Below the pieces are notes generated by a model. It was not told the origin of the DNA, ran no database searches, and was given only the letters and a program-made list of their open reading frames with translations. Positions 1 through 9,872 of a stretch of 64,000 nt of DNA are shown one piece after another. Within the stretch, counting starts at the first letter, position 1; each line of letters opens with the position of its first letter. Source of the DNA: an uncultured bacterium (GTDB lineage: Bacteria; Vulcanimicrobiota; CADAWZ01); contig CASEKF010000033.1 in the NCBI GenBank assembly GCA_949288455.1, positions 1,244-65,243 of the forward strand, given 5' to 3'. Both the position numbers and the translations under genes were made by a program.

Positions 1-651
1 CAGGAAGAAACGGAAAAGGAAGAGTATCACGACGCCGCGTCAAAAGAAGAGCAAAATGACTCTAACGCTACGACGACGGTTAAAGTGCCTCAAGGTATAG
101 ATGTAAATAAACTTATCGAAATGAGATTAAAAATAAAATTTGATTTTGATAAGTTAATAAAACCCGGAGAAGAATGGATCAGTTTCGAAGAGTTATACAA
201 AATAGCTAATATTCCAAAGTTAAAAAGCGGGTTCGCATTGGAAGATATAATTAACTTTATAAACAACGAAGCAACCGCAGATCTCACTTTTGAAGAAAAG
301 CAAAACATGATTTATCACACTCTGAAGAGCAACGACGTAAGCCTTAAAGCCCTTCTGGCAGACGCGGTAAGAAAAGATAAAGTGATAGATACATATGAAG
401 TTTTTCTTCATGACAGAATAAAACGAAGAAGAATGAAATTCGAAACTGAAATTGCGGTTCTACAAAGAAAAATAGAACAGCGTCAGGCCATCATTGAAGA
501 AGACGAAATTTACCTGCAACACTGGGACAATGAAAAATTAAAATTGGAACAAGATATGCAGCAAGCTTGTCTATATCTTGGAGACGTAAATAAAATGACG
601 GTAGGATTGGTAACCGAAGGAGCTCAGGGACGAATTCAAAACATAGATTAA
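1..651 (+). CDS. Hypothetical protein, 3' part of an ORF that enters from upstream of the window; charged, coiled-coil-rich
   Basis: Frame 1 is open from position 1 with no stop before 651. No recognisable catalytic motifs. Confidence 0.4.
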   Translation, partial: QEETEKEEYHDAASKEEQNDSNATTTVKVPQGIDVNKLIEMRLKIKFDFDKLIKPGEEWISFEELYKIANIPKLKSGFALEDIINFINNEATADLTFEEKQNMIYHTLKSNDVSLKALLADAVRKDKVIDTYEVFLHDRIKRRRMKFETEIAVLQRKIEQRQAIIEEDEIYLQHWDNEKLKLEQDMQQACLYLGDVNKMTVGLVTEGAQGRIQNID

Positions 652-663
652 CAAGGGGTTTAT

Positions 664-1353
664 ATGACGGAGGCAATTATAACTCAAGTAGAACATTTAG
701 CATCATATGCTTTTGTATGGGGATTTATACTTATCTTTTTATTTATGACAATGGAAAGCACCGTTCTTCCCATTCCAAGCGAAGTAGTAATGATTCCGGC
801 CGGTTTTATGGCATATAGGGAGGAATTGACGTTTAGAGCCTTTTGGCCCGATATGATTGCGGTCATAATTATCGGAACTTTGGGTTCCGTTTGCGGAGCA
901 TGGATTAACTATTATGTTTCCGCAAAATTAGGAAGGCCTTTTCTATATAAATACGGTAAATATTTCTTCTTATCTGAAAAATCTCTTCAAAGAGCCGAAG
1001 AAGTTTTCAGACAATATGGAGAAATGGCTACGTTCGTCTGCAGATTAATACCGGTGCTTAGGCATCTAATTTCAATCCCCGCGGGACTTGCTCAAATGAA
1101 TAGAAAAAGCTTCACAGTCTATACTGCCGCTGGAGCGGGTCTTTGGATGGCTATTTTAGCCGGTATAGGAGCTTATCTGGGACATATTCTGGGGCAAAAA
1201 GCCTCTTATAGAGAAATAATATATAAAGGCGAAGAACTTCTTCATGAACATTTTTTATTAATAATGATTATAACTTTTTTACTGGCGGGGATCTACTATG
1301 TTATTCATCACAAAATTATGACGAAAAAAATTAGCGAAGCAGAAAACGCTTAA
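664..1353 (+). CDS. DedA/SNARE-associated family integral membrane protein
   Basis: 229 aa with multiple TM helices. The 'ESTVLPIPSEVVMIPAG' re-entrant loop motif is typical of DedA/TVP38 proteins. Confidence 0.6.
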   Translation: MTEAIITQVEHLASYAFVWGFILIFLFMTMESTVLPIPSEVVMIPAGFMAYREELTFRAFWPDMIAVIIIGTLGSVCGAWINYYVSAKLGRPFLYKYGKYFFLSEKSLQRAEEVFRQYGEMATFVCRLIPVLRHLISIPAGLAQMNRKSFTVYTAAGAGLWMAILAGIGAYLGHILGQKASYREIIYKGEELLHEHFLLIMIITFLLAGIYYVIHHKIMTKKISEAENA

Positions 1354-1430
1354 TAATTCACCGCAGTTATTATTCCGTTTTAACGCAAAACTTATAATCG
1401 AAAATTAAAAACTACATATTTATCGTTGAT

Positions 1431-1470
1431 AAAATAATACCGCAGGGCTGTAGCCCTGCGGTATTATTTT
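1431..1470. terminator. Bidirectional rho-independent terminator between convergent genes
   Basis: Perfect 18-bp inverted repeat aaaataataccgcagggc/gccctgcggtattatttt with loop tgta. A-run on the 5' side and T-run on the 3' side, so it can terminate in both orientations. Confidence 0.8.
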
Positions 1471-1573
1471 ATTAAAATCTTAGCGAAAATCGACTTAAAG
1501 TTTTAACTCTAACGCTAAAAACGATATAAGAGTATTTATAGCCCCGTTTTAACGTCTTAGCAAAATCTAAAAG

Positions 1574-4405
1574 TTATTTTTTCATACCGGTAGTAAAATC
1601 ATATAAATGAGGAACGTCCTTGTTTTCCTTAAGCGCTTTATATACATATTCGGCAGTAAAAGGCCATTCCTGCATCCATATGCCCGTGGCGTTATAAATA
1701 GCTATTCCTATAGCCGGAGCGGCTCCGTTAGTGCTTATTTCAGATACTGATTTACCGCCGTAAGGGCCCAGATGATCCGCAACCTCAATCAGCTCGCACT
1801 TAAATTCTTCAGGCAAATCTCTGATCATAGGCACTTTATAATCCATAAAATTAGGATTCAAACACTTGCCTTTATTGTCAAACTTCATCTCCTCATAAAT
1901 ACAATGACCTATAGATTTGACGACTCCTCCATATACCTGACCAAGAGCTAATTCAGGGTTTATCGGCGTCCCGCACTCTTGAACGGCATAATATTTATCT
2001 ACGACTACTTCTCCGGTTCTAGTATCGACGCTTACTTCCGCAAAATGAGCTCCATAAGGAATAGGAGCTTCCTCTGTCGTAAAATTACCTTCCGCTATTA
2101 TCTGGCCTGAACCGGTACCGCATTGAGTGGCGGCCGATATCTCCGCATAAGAGAGTTTAGAAGTTCCGTCCGTGACAAAGCCCGGATACTCTATTTTCAC
2201 ATTTTTCAAATCTGTTTTTAAAAGTTCGGCGCCTTTTTCCAAAAGCTTTGACTTCATATCCAAAGCGGCCCTATAAACGGCCATTCCGCTGAAATATGTG
2301 CCGGAAGACGCATACGCTCCTACGTCAAACGGAGTTACGTCAGTATCGGAAGAAATAATGGAAAAACGATCGAAATCACAACACAACGTTTCGGAAGAAA
2401 CTTTTACGGCTAGAGTATCCAATCCCGTGCCAAGATCAGTGCCGCCCATCAGAATCATAAACGTGCCGTCTCCAAGCATTTTGATTTCCGCGTTTGCGGA
2501 ATCTATGCCCGGCAATCCTGAACCCTGTTGTATAATCGCCGCTCCCCTACCCTTTTTTATATAAGGTTTATCGGAAACTAACGGTTTGTCCCAGCCTATC
2601 AATTCGGCTCCCCTGTCGAGACATTCTTTTAAACCGCAGGAACTAATTACTTGCGCTATACCCTCTTGCCCCTCTCCAAGAGATTTTAAAATTTCCAAAT
2701 GATAGCCTTTCTCAACCATATTTTTTCTTAATAATTCAAGCTGATCAATACCAAGCTTATGAGCGAGTTCCGCCACGGCCATCTGTATGGCAAAACTTCC
2801 CTGAGGAGCTCCGTAACCCTGATAAGCCCCTGAAATAACGTTGTTCGTATAATATGTGCTTACGTCGTAACGCATATTTTCGCATTTAAAAAGAGGCAGC
2901 GATTTAGAACATGCGTTCATCGGCACAGTCAAACAATGATTTCCATACGGCCCGGTATCGGAAACCTCACGTATATCCAGAGCGGTTATGGTTCCGTCGT
3001 TCTTTGCGCCCGCCCTAACTCTAAAAAACATAGTATGACGAACTCTTGAGTTAACGAATTCCTCTTCTCTGGTCATTTCATGATAAGCCGGCTTTCCGGT
3101 CTGCCATACTACCCAAGCGACAATATCTTCAATAACAAGATCCTGCTTGGAACCGTACCCTCCGCCAACTCTCTCTTTTATAATATGAATTTGATTTTCT
3201 TTTATATCCAAAATATTAGCTATAATTCTTCTCAAATGCCATGGAACTTGAGTTGAAGCTCGAAGAGTAAGTCTTCCGTTCTCTATATAACCGAAACATC
3301 TATGCGTTTCCATAGGAGTGCATTGAACTCTATGGGAGCCGTAATCTCTCTCCACGACTACGTCGGCTTCTTGCAATCCTTTTTCTACGTCCCCTATTCC
3401 TCCGGCGTTATGAGCCGCCCTGTTCGTCTTAGGATCCTGGCCTATAGGAAGAGGATCCACGGAAATATCCCTGTCCTGAATAAGAACTGCTCCGGGCTTT
3501 TTTGCGTCGAAAGGACTAAAAACGGCCGGAAGAAGTTCATACTCGACTTTAATAAGCTCTATGGCCTTATCCGCTATCTCTTCGGAAACGGCTGCTACTA
3601 TCGCTACTCTATCTCCGTAATAACGCATAGTCCGATCTACGAGATGAAAATCGTAAGGCGAAGGTTCCGGATATCCCTGGCCCGCGGTATTATAAGGTTT
3701 AGAAGGACCGTTTTTATAAGTTACGATAAGTTCTACGCCTTCAAGCTCCTCCGCCTCGGAAGTATCTATATCTTTAATAAAAGCATGAGGGTACGGACTT
3801 TTTTTCACCTTAATAATAAGAGCATCCGGAGTAACCATATCGCCTACGTATGAAGGCTCGGCCTTTACCAGCCTGGGCCCGTCGACTTTCTCAACGGGCT
3901 TGCCCACGATTCTTAAATCGTCCCTAAAAGTTTTTGGCTGGCCGGGATTCTCGTCTTTTAAATATTTCAACACGTCAAAATACTGTTTGTATCCCGTACA
4001 TCTGCACAAATTACCGGAAAGATAATCTTTCATATCCTCTATATCAGGATTTTCGCAATTATCAAGCATCTCTTTAACAGCCAACATCATACCTGGAGTA
4101 CAATGACCGCATTGAACGACTCCCGCTTTCAAAAACGCCCTCTGAATAGGATGCAATTCGCGCCCTTTAGCTAAACCTTCCGCGGTAAAAATATCGTCTC
4201 CGTCCGAAAGCTGGCCAAACCTAACCTGGCAAGAGTTGACCTTAACTCCGTTAAGAATCACGCTGCAGGCTCCGCAAGTCCCTTCTCCGTCACAGTTTGT
4301 TCTTATGGAGAGAAGACCTGATTCTCTAAGAATTTTAGCCAGAGACTTCATTGGATTTTCATTAAACGTTTTCTTTTTGCCATTTAATATTAATTTAATT
4401 TTCAT
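1574..4405 (-). CDS. Xanthine dehydrogenase/aldehyde oxidoreductase-family molybdoenzyme with [2Fe-2S] and Mo-pterin-binding domains fused in one chain
   Basis: 943 aa. The N-terminus has a plant-type ferredoxin cysteine cluster (CDGEGTCGACSV) and a second 2Fe-2S motif (CGHCTPG...CRCTGY). A large MoCo-binding a/b-hammerhead domain follows. Architecture matches D. gigas MOP-type enzymes. Confidence 0.8.
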   Translation of the reverse strand: MKIKLILNGKKKTFNENPMKSLAKILRESGLLSIRTNCDGEGTCGACSVILNGVKVNSCQVRFGQLSDGDDIFTAEGLAKGRELHPIQRAFLKAGVVQCGHCTPGMMLAVKEMLDNCENPDIEDMKDYLSGNLCRCTGYKQYFDVLKYLKDENPGQPKTFRDDLRIVGKPVEKVDGPRLVKAEPSYVGDMVTPDALIIKVKKSPYPHAFIKDIDTSEAEELEGVELIVTYKNGPSKPYNTAGQGYPEPSPYDFHLVDRTMRYYGDRVAIVAAVSEEIADKAIELIKVEYELLPAVFSPFDAKKPGAVLIQDRDISVDPLPIGQDPKTNRAAHNAGGIGDVEKGLQEADVVVERDYGSHRVQCTPMETHRCFGYIENGRLTLRASTQVPWHLRRIIANILDIKENQIHIIKERVGGGYGSKQDLVIEDIVAWVVWQTGKPAYHEMTREEEFVNSRVRHTMFFRVRAGAKNDGTITALDIREVSDTGPYGNHCLTVPMNACSKSLPLFKCENMRYDVSTYYTNNVISGAYQGYGAPQGSFAIQMAVAELAHKLGIDQLELLRKNMVEKGYHLEILKSLGEGQEGIAQVISSCGLKECLDRGAELIGWDKPLVSDKPYIKKGRGAAIIQQGSGLPGIDSANAEIKMLGDGTFMILMGGTDLGTGLDTLAVKVSSETLCCDFDRFSIISSDTDVTPFDVGAYASSGTYFSGMAVYRAALDMKSKLLEKGAELLKTDLKNVKIEYPGFVTDGTSKLSYAEISAATQCGTGSGQIIAEGNFTTEEAPIPYGAHFAEVSVDTRTGEVVVDKYYAVQECGTPINPELALGQVYGGVVKSIGHCIYEEMKFDNKGKCLNPNFMDYKVPMIRDLPEEFKCELIEVADHLGPYGGKSVSEISTNGAAPAIGIAIYNATGIWMQEWPFTAEYVYKALKENKDVPHLYDFTTGMKK

Positions 4406-4422
4406 AGAAACTCCATTTCCTT

Positions 4423-5241
4423 TCAGGACGCGGCGATAATATCTTCAAGAAGCGAAGCTGCCACGGCTTTCTTAAAATCGCCGTTTCCTCTTAAATCCGT
4501 TCTAGCCGGAGCCATTTGATTCAAAGTTTCTCCGATAAGCGAAGAAATTTTATCGTCATCATAATTTTTGCCTTCTAACGCTTCTTCAAGCTCATAAAGA
4601 CGAACAGGCTTATCATAAAGCCCGCCGGCAGCTATTTTAAGATCCGTCATAGTCGTGCCTAAAGGAGTATAGAAAACAGCCATCTTTATAACGGGCAAAT
4701 CGTTCGAATTACGAGCGAAGCGAGCGCTTTTAAAGAAAAAAGGCTCTCTGTCTTCCTTTACTAAAATATTAGTTATTAAGCCGGATTTTGAAGGAGGACG
4801 CATAAGAAAATCCTCGACAGACTCTCGTCTTTCGCCTTCCGAAGTAATCGAAACAACTTCAGCCTCAAGAACTAAAAATAAAGGGAGAAAATCGCTTCGA
4901 GTATATCTGGAACCTAATACTCCTCCCACAGTAGCCATATTTCTTATGTTTTTAGAAACTATCTTGCAAGATTTTAAAATTTCCTCTAAAGGATAATTAT
5001 CTTTCATAACTCCGCCGTTAAAAAGTTCCGTTAAAGTAGTCATCGCTCCTATACTAATAAATCCGGTCTGTCTTTCGATAGATTTTAAACCTAATTTATG
5101 AAGCGATATTAATTTTTTAGCAGACTTTTTTGTCCAGGCGTTTAAAATAGTTCCTCCGCCCAGATAGAACGCTCTTTTCAAAGTCTCTTTCAGATTTACG
5201 GCTTCCGATACCGTCTCTGGAATATAAAATTCCGAACTCAT
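4423..5241 (-). CDS. FAD-binding subunit of molybdopterin dehydrogenase (CoxM/XdhB-like)
   Basis: 272 aa with an 'FYLGGGT' FAD-binding PCMH-type motif. Stop lies 18 nt before the Mo-subunit start. Confidence 0.7.
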   Translation of the reverse strand: MSSEFYIPETVSEAVNLKETLKRAFYLGGGTILNAWTKKSAKKLISLHKLGLKSIERQTGFISIGAMTTLTELFNGGVMKDNYPLEEILKSCKIVSKNIRNMATVGGVLGSRYTRSDFLPLFLVLEAEVVSITSEGERRESVEDFLMRPPSKSGLITNILVKEDREPFFFKSARFARNSNDLPVIKMAVFYTPLGTTMTDLKIAAGGLYDKPVRLYELEEALEGKNYDDDKISSLIGETLNQMAPARTDLRGNGDFKKAVAASLLEDIIAAS

Positions 5242-5263
5242 TATATGCCGCCTTTCTATTACG

Positions 5264-5656
5264 TTATTTTAAAGAAAAAGAATCTGAAGCGATATATATC
5301 CTCGCTTCTTCAATCAAACTGGCTCTGTTAAGATCAAAAAACGCGGCTCCGGCTCCTCGCATAGGTCTGCCTTTTTTATTGTTCCCGTCGAAAGTCCACT
5401 CCGCAGACACTCTATCCCCGGTCGCAAGAACGTTCTTAACTTCAATATTTAAATCAAGAGCAACTTGAAAAAATCTTTTCAAAATACGATTTATCTTGTC
5501 TTTTCCAAAAATAAAGCCTAATCTGCTGTTAGCAAGTCCGGGAAAAGCTAATCTGGCGGAATCGTCAAACTGTTCCAGCAGAGCGTTTAAATCTTTATTT
5601 TCTATCTGATGAAAAAAATCCAAAACAAAATCAACCGCTTTGCCCGACATTCTCAT
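5264..5656 (-). CDS. NTF2/SnoaL-like small protein
   Basis: About 130 aa from the internal start MRMSG, with NTF2-like fold signatures. The longest ORF (to 5710) would overlap the thiolase by 52 nt, so the later start giving an ATGA-type 4-nt overlap is preferred. Confidence 0.45.
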   Translation of the reverse strand: MRMSGKAVDFVLDFFHQIENKDLNALLEQFDDSARLAFPGLANSRLGFIFGKDKINRILKRFFQVALDLNIEVKNVLATGDRVSAEWTFDGNNKKGRPMRGAGAAFFDLNRASLIEEARIYIASDSFSLK

Positions 5657-5658
5657 AT

Positions 5659-6852
5659 CTATACCTCTCTCTCTACTATCATTGCAATCCCCATGCCGCC
5701 TCCGATACATAACGCGGCCAACCCGGTTTTCATTTTCTTCCTTTCAAGGTTATATAAAAGAGTAGTCAAAATCCTACAGCCGGACGCGCCTATAGGATGT
5801 CCCAAAGCAATAGCTCCTCCGCTTATGTTAACTCTGTCCTCAAATTCGGTCTTATACCAACCCAATTCCTTGCCCACGGCAATAGCCTGAGCCGCAAACG
5901 CCTCGTTTGCCTCTATCAAATCTATATCTTCAAGCTTCATGCCGGTTTTTTCGAAAAGCTTTCTCACCGCCGCTATCGGACCGGTTCCCATAATGGCGGG
6001 CTCTACTCCTGCATAAGCCCAAGCTTTTATCGAGGCAGTCGGCTTTATGGAATATTTTTCTACCGCCCGTTCAGACAAAACCGCAACAGCTGCGGCTCCG
6101 TCGTTGATTCCGGAAGAATTTCCGGCAGTAACCGTGCCATCCTTTTTAAAAGCGGGACGCAGCCTTGAGAGAACTTCCAAACTGGTAGAAGGACGAGGGT
6201 GTTCGTCTTTATGCATAACGATAGAAGTCTTTTTACCCGTAATAGTTATCGGAACTATTTCAGCGTCAAAATATCCCGACTTTATAGCCGATACCGCTTT
6301 CATATGACTAAAATACGCTAACTCATCCTGCATTTCTCTGGTTATAGAAAAACGTTCGGCTAGATTCTCGGCAGTAACGCCCATATGCTGAGCTTCAATC
6401 GCGCACGTAAGACCGTCATGTATTAAGCCGTCGATAACCGTTATATTGCCCATTCTGGATCCGGCTCTAACGTCAGGAAGCAAATAAGGAGCCATTGACA
6501 TAGACTCGGTTCCGCCCGCAATAATTATGTCGGCCTCATTTGCTTTTATAATTCTGCAGGCGTCTACGACGGTTCTTAACCCGGAGCCGCACACCATATT
6601 TACGGTCATTGCGGGCACAGACCAATCAAGGCCGACTCCCAAAGCTATTTGGCGAGAAACGTTCTGTCCCTGTCCGGCCTGAATAACGGAACCTATTATC
6701 ACTTCGTCCACCTTTTCATAAGGTACGCCGGAACGTTCCAAAGACGCTTTAACTACCGCTATGCCGAGATCTTTAGCCGAAACTTTTGAAAGAGCCCCTT
6801 GAAAACTTCCTATGGGAGTTCTGGCGGCGCCCGCAAGATAGATTTTTTCCAT
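5659..6852 (-). CDS. Acetyl-CoA C-acetyltransferase (thiolase II)
   Basis: 397 aa with thiolase signatures NMVCGSGL (active Cys), GHPIGASGCRIL and CIGGGMGIAMIVE. Confidence 0.9.
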   Translation of the reverse strand: MEKIYLAGAARTPIGSFQGALSKVSAKDLGIAVVKASLERSGVPYEKVDEVIIGSVIQAGQGQNVSRQIALGVGLDWSVPAMTVNMVCGSGLRTVVDACRIIKANEADIIIAGGTESMSMAPYLLPDVRAGSRMGNITVIDGLIHDGLTCAIEAQHMGVTAENLAERFSITREMQDELAYFSHMKAVSAIKSGYFDAEIVPITITGKKTSIVMHKDEHPRPSTSLEVLSRLRPAFKKDGTVTAGNSSGINDGAAAVAVLSERAVEKYSIKPTASIKAWAYAGVEPAIMGTGPIAAVRKLFEKTGMKLEDIDLIEANEAFAAQAIAVGKELGWYKTEFEDRVNISGGAIALGHPIGASGCRILTTLLYNLERKKMKTGLAALCIGGGMGIAMIVEREV

Positions 6853-7080
6853 ATAGAAAACTCCTTAACTATATTTTAACGCCAATTCAATTCTTCTCTT
6901 CTTTGAAGCCTGTAAATATTCCTTTTACGATAACCTTAAATTATACTCTGCGTAAACTAAATATTTTCTATATACATAACAATAGGAGTTTTTTAACAAA
7001 AATAAAAATTAAAGATTATATTAAACTACGGCTAAGTATAATAATCAAAAAAATTAGATTTTATCCGAAAGGCAACCGAC

Positions 7081-7587
7081 ATGATCAATAAAGAAATAAT
7101 CAAAGAAATAAGACCGGCCGCCATCGAAGACGCCGACGAAGTGGCCGCTCTAGGAAAAGAAATATGGAACGAGCACTATCTCCCGATTCTCGGCAAAAAA
7201 CAAATCGACTACATGATAAATAAATATCAGTCTTGCCGGGCGGTAAAAGAACAAATGACAAACGAAAAATACAGGTATTTTTTTATAGTTTACGGCGACA
7301 CAAAAGCCGGGTACGTCGGAATACAAAATAACGACGGGTTATATTTAAGCAAATTATATATTTTAAAAGATTTCAGAAAAAAAGGACTGGCAAAATTCAG
7401 CTTTAATTTTCTTAAAGATCTATGCCGCAAAGAAAATATCGATAAGATATGGCTCACGGTAAATAAAAATAATTATCCTGCTATAGAAACTTATAAAGCG
7501 TTGGGAATGACGCTAACCAGAGAAGAAAAAGCCGACATAGGAGAAGGCTTTTTTATGGACGACTATATTTTTGAATATTATCTATAA
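7081..7587 (+). CDS. GNAT family N-acetyltransferase
   Basis: 168 aa with acetyl-CoA-binding motif 'RKKGLAKF' (Q/RxxGxG/A). Confidence 0.7.
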   Translation: MINKEIIKEIRPAAIEDADEVAALGKEIWNEHYLPILGKKQIDYMINKYQSCRAVKEQMTNEKYRYFFIVYGDTKAGYVGIQNNDGLYLSKLYILKDFRKKGLAKFSFNFLKDLCRKENIDKIWLTVNKNNYPAIETYKALGMTLTREEKADIGEGFFMDDYIFEYYL

Positions 7588-7655
7588 AAAATAAACGGAA
7601 CAATACGGCGAACGCGATAATAAAAGAAATAAAGAGCAAGACTCAGACGATAGCC

Positions 7656-9866
7656 TCATAAATATGATAAAGGATCCGAATCTATTATAGAATTTACGTC
7701 TGCGGAAGACATCTTTTCAGATATTTTTCTATATTGCTCGACAATTTTTATAACGTTTCTGCATTTTATGTAAATATGAACTCTATAATAATTTTTAATC
7801 TTTTCGACAGGACATGGAGAAGGACCTAATAAGTCTTCTTCTTCAGAAAGAAAAAATTCTTTCGCAAAAGCCTCCGCATAATTCGAGCAGATAATTTTAT
7901 CCTTACTAAGGAATAAAATTCTAACTAAGTGTCCAAAAGGCGGATAGCCTAATTCTTTCCGGTCGGCCAGCTCATTATTATAAAAACTTTCCGGATTAGA
8001 GGCGGATAAAGCCCGTAAAGCCGGATGTAAGGGGTCGTAAGTCTGAGCCGCGAATTCTGCGCCGGCTAACTTTCTTCCGGCTCTGCCCGCCACCTGAACC
8101 ATAAGCTGCCAAGCTCTTTCCTGAGCTCTAAAATCAGGCATAGAAAAAGCCGCGTCGGCAAGAACCATCGCTGAAAGAGCTACGTTGGGAAAATCAAATC
8201 CTTTAGTTATCATTTGAGTTCCTATAAGAATATCGGCTTCATTATTTCTGAAAGCGTCGTAAATTTTCTCGGCGGAATATTTTGCCGAGACGGTATCGCG
8301 ATCCATTCTTAAAACTCTAGCCCCGGGGAATTCTCTTTTTATTTCGTCTTCAAGCCTCTGAGTGCCCCCGCCTTCAGGAACTATGTTAAAACTTCCGCAG
8401 CTCTCGCAAAAATCAGGAGGAACATCTTCATAAGCGCAATAATGACATTTTAAAACAGACGGATTTTTATGAAGCTTCAAAGTTACGGCGCAATTAGGAC
8501 ATGTAATCCTCTTGCCGCAATCAGCGCAAAAAAGATAACGGAAAAAACCTCTTCTATTTATAAAAAGCAAAGCCTGAAGTCCCGCTTTAAGAGTTTGATC
8601 CAGCCGCTTTAAAAGCCAAGGACTTAAAAGAGCTCCCTCCTTCCTGGAAAAAGAACGGCGCATATCTATTATTTTTAATTTAGGACGATATCCGGATACC
8701 CTTTTAGACAGATAAAGAAGAGCGTAACCTCCGTATTTCGCTCTAAAATATGTTTCAAGAGAAGGCGTAGCCGTTCCCAACACTAATACGGAATTATTCA
8801 TAGCCGCTCGCTTAACCGCGACATGACGAGCATGATATCGAGGAGAAGAATCCTGTTTATAAGCGGGTTCATGCTCTTCGTCTATAATTATCACTCCTAT
8901 GTCCTTAAGAGGAGCGAACACGGCGCTTCTCGTCCCAAGGACAATTTTAGCGTCTCCGTTCAATATTCTCCTCCATTCGCCGACTCTTTCGCCGTTAGAA
9001 AGAGACGAATGAAGAAAAGCTACCGCATCGCCAAATCTACTTCTGTAAATATCGGCAAATTGAGCCATCAAAGACAGTTCCGGAACAAGAACTAGAGCGG
9101 TTTTCCCTTTAGAAAGGGCATAGTCTATAAGTTTTAAATAAACTAACGTTTTCCCGCTTCCTGGCGCCCCATATAAAAGAACTCCCGCAGGCCGACCGCC
9201 GTCAATTAAAGACGCCGCCTTTTCAAAAGCGGCTTTCTGTTCCAAAGAAGGCTCTAACTCTACGTAAGGGCGTAGACTTCGCCTGGCCTCGGCCGGCAAT
9301 ATGGGCAAAGGACTATCTTCCAAACCGATAATCCCCTTTTTCTCCAATTCATATAAAAGAGAAAGAGGCATCGAAGAATCTCTTAATATTCTTGTCTCGC
9401 CCAAATTAAAGAGACGATCCGCAAGCTCCGCTTGCCTGGGACTCCCGGCCAATCTCAAGGAAACTTGGCGTTGATCCGTCTCAATAAGACGAATTATTAT
9501 TTTTTTTCTGTTTTTCAGGAAAGAGCCGCGCGTAAAATAAAAGCATGGCGGAATAACCGTTTTAACGGCGTCGATAAAAGAACATCCGTAATAATCATGA
9601 AGCCATTGCGCAAGATAAACGATTTCTTTACGGCAAGACGACGCGTCTAATAAAATGTCCTCAATCGATTTTAACGCCGTTCCTTCGGGAAGGCAGGGAA
9701 GTTCGTCGGAAAGCTTAAAAATAAATGCGGGAAGAATCCGCTTTCCGAACGGAACAGCGGCTATTGCCCCGGGGACGGCTCTTTCCTCTAATTTTTCAGG
9801 AATGGAATATGAGAACAAACGATCGATAGATCTAACCTTCAAATTAACTACGGTCTGAGCGTACAT
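7656..9866 (-). CDS. priA: Primosomal protein N' (replication restart helicase PriA)
   Basis: 736 aa with Walker A GAPGSGKT and DEEH box 'IIIDEEHE'. The Cys-rich zinc-binding insert (CADCGKRITCPNCAVTL...CHYCAY...CESCGS) is characteristic of PriA. Confidence 0.9.
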   Translation of the reverse strand: MYAQTVVNLKVRSIDRLFSYSIPEKLEERAVPGAIAAVPFGKRILPAFIFKLSDELPCLPEGTALKSIEDILLDASSCRKEIVYLAQWLHDYYGCSFIDAVKTVIPPCFYFTRGSFLKNRKKIIIRLIETDQRQVSLRLAGSPRQAELADRLFNLGETRILRDSSMPLSLLYELEKKGIIGLEDSPLPILPAEARRSLRPYVELEPSLEQKAAFEKAASLIDGGRPAGVLLYGAPGSGKTLVYLKLIDYALSKGKTALVLVPELSLMAQFADIYRSRFGDAVAFLHSSLSNGERVGEWRRILNGDAKIVLGTRSAVFAPLKDIGVIIIDEEHEPAYKQDSSPRYHARHVAVKRAAMNNSVLVLGTATPSLETYFRAKYGGYALLYLSKRVSGYRPKLKIIDMRRSFSRKEGALLSPWLLKRLDQTLKAGLQALLFINRRGFFRYLFCADCGKRITCPNCAVTLKLHKNPSVLKCHYCAYEDVPPDFCESCGSFNIVPEGGGTQRLEDEIKREFPGARVLRMDRDTVSAKYSAEKIYDAFRNNEADILIGTQMITKGFDFPNVALSAMVLADAAFSMPDFRAQERAWQLMVQVAGRAGRKLAGAEFAAQTYDPLHPALRALSASNPESFYNNELADRKELGYPPFGHLVRILFLSKDKIICSNYAEAFAKEFFLSEEEDLLGPSPCPVEKIKNYYRVHIYIKCRNVIKIVEQYRKISEKMSSADVNSIIDSDPLSYL

Positions 9867-9872
9867 ATTCTA

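Noticed and set aside
2298-3853. Plus-strand ORFs (88-183 aa) inside the Mo-enzyme gene, and similar internal or antisense ORFs listed in the track within priA, the kinase, Hsp70-like genes, secF, the PKS gene, etc.
   Set aside because: They are embedded antisense or out of frame within long, well-supported CDSs and have no RBS and biased composition, so they are treated as noise.
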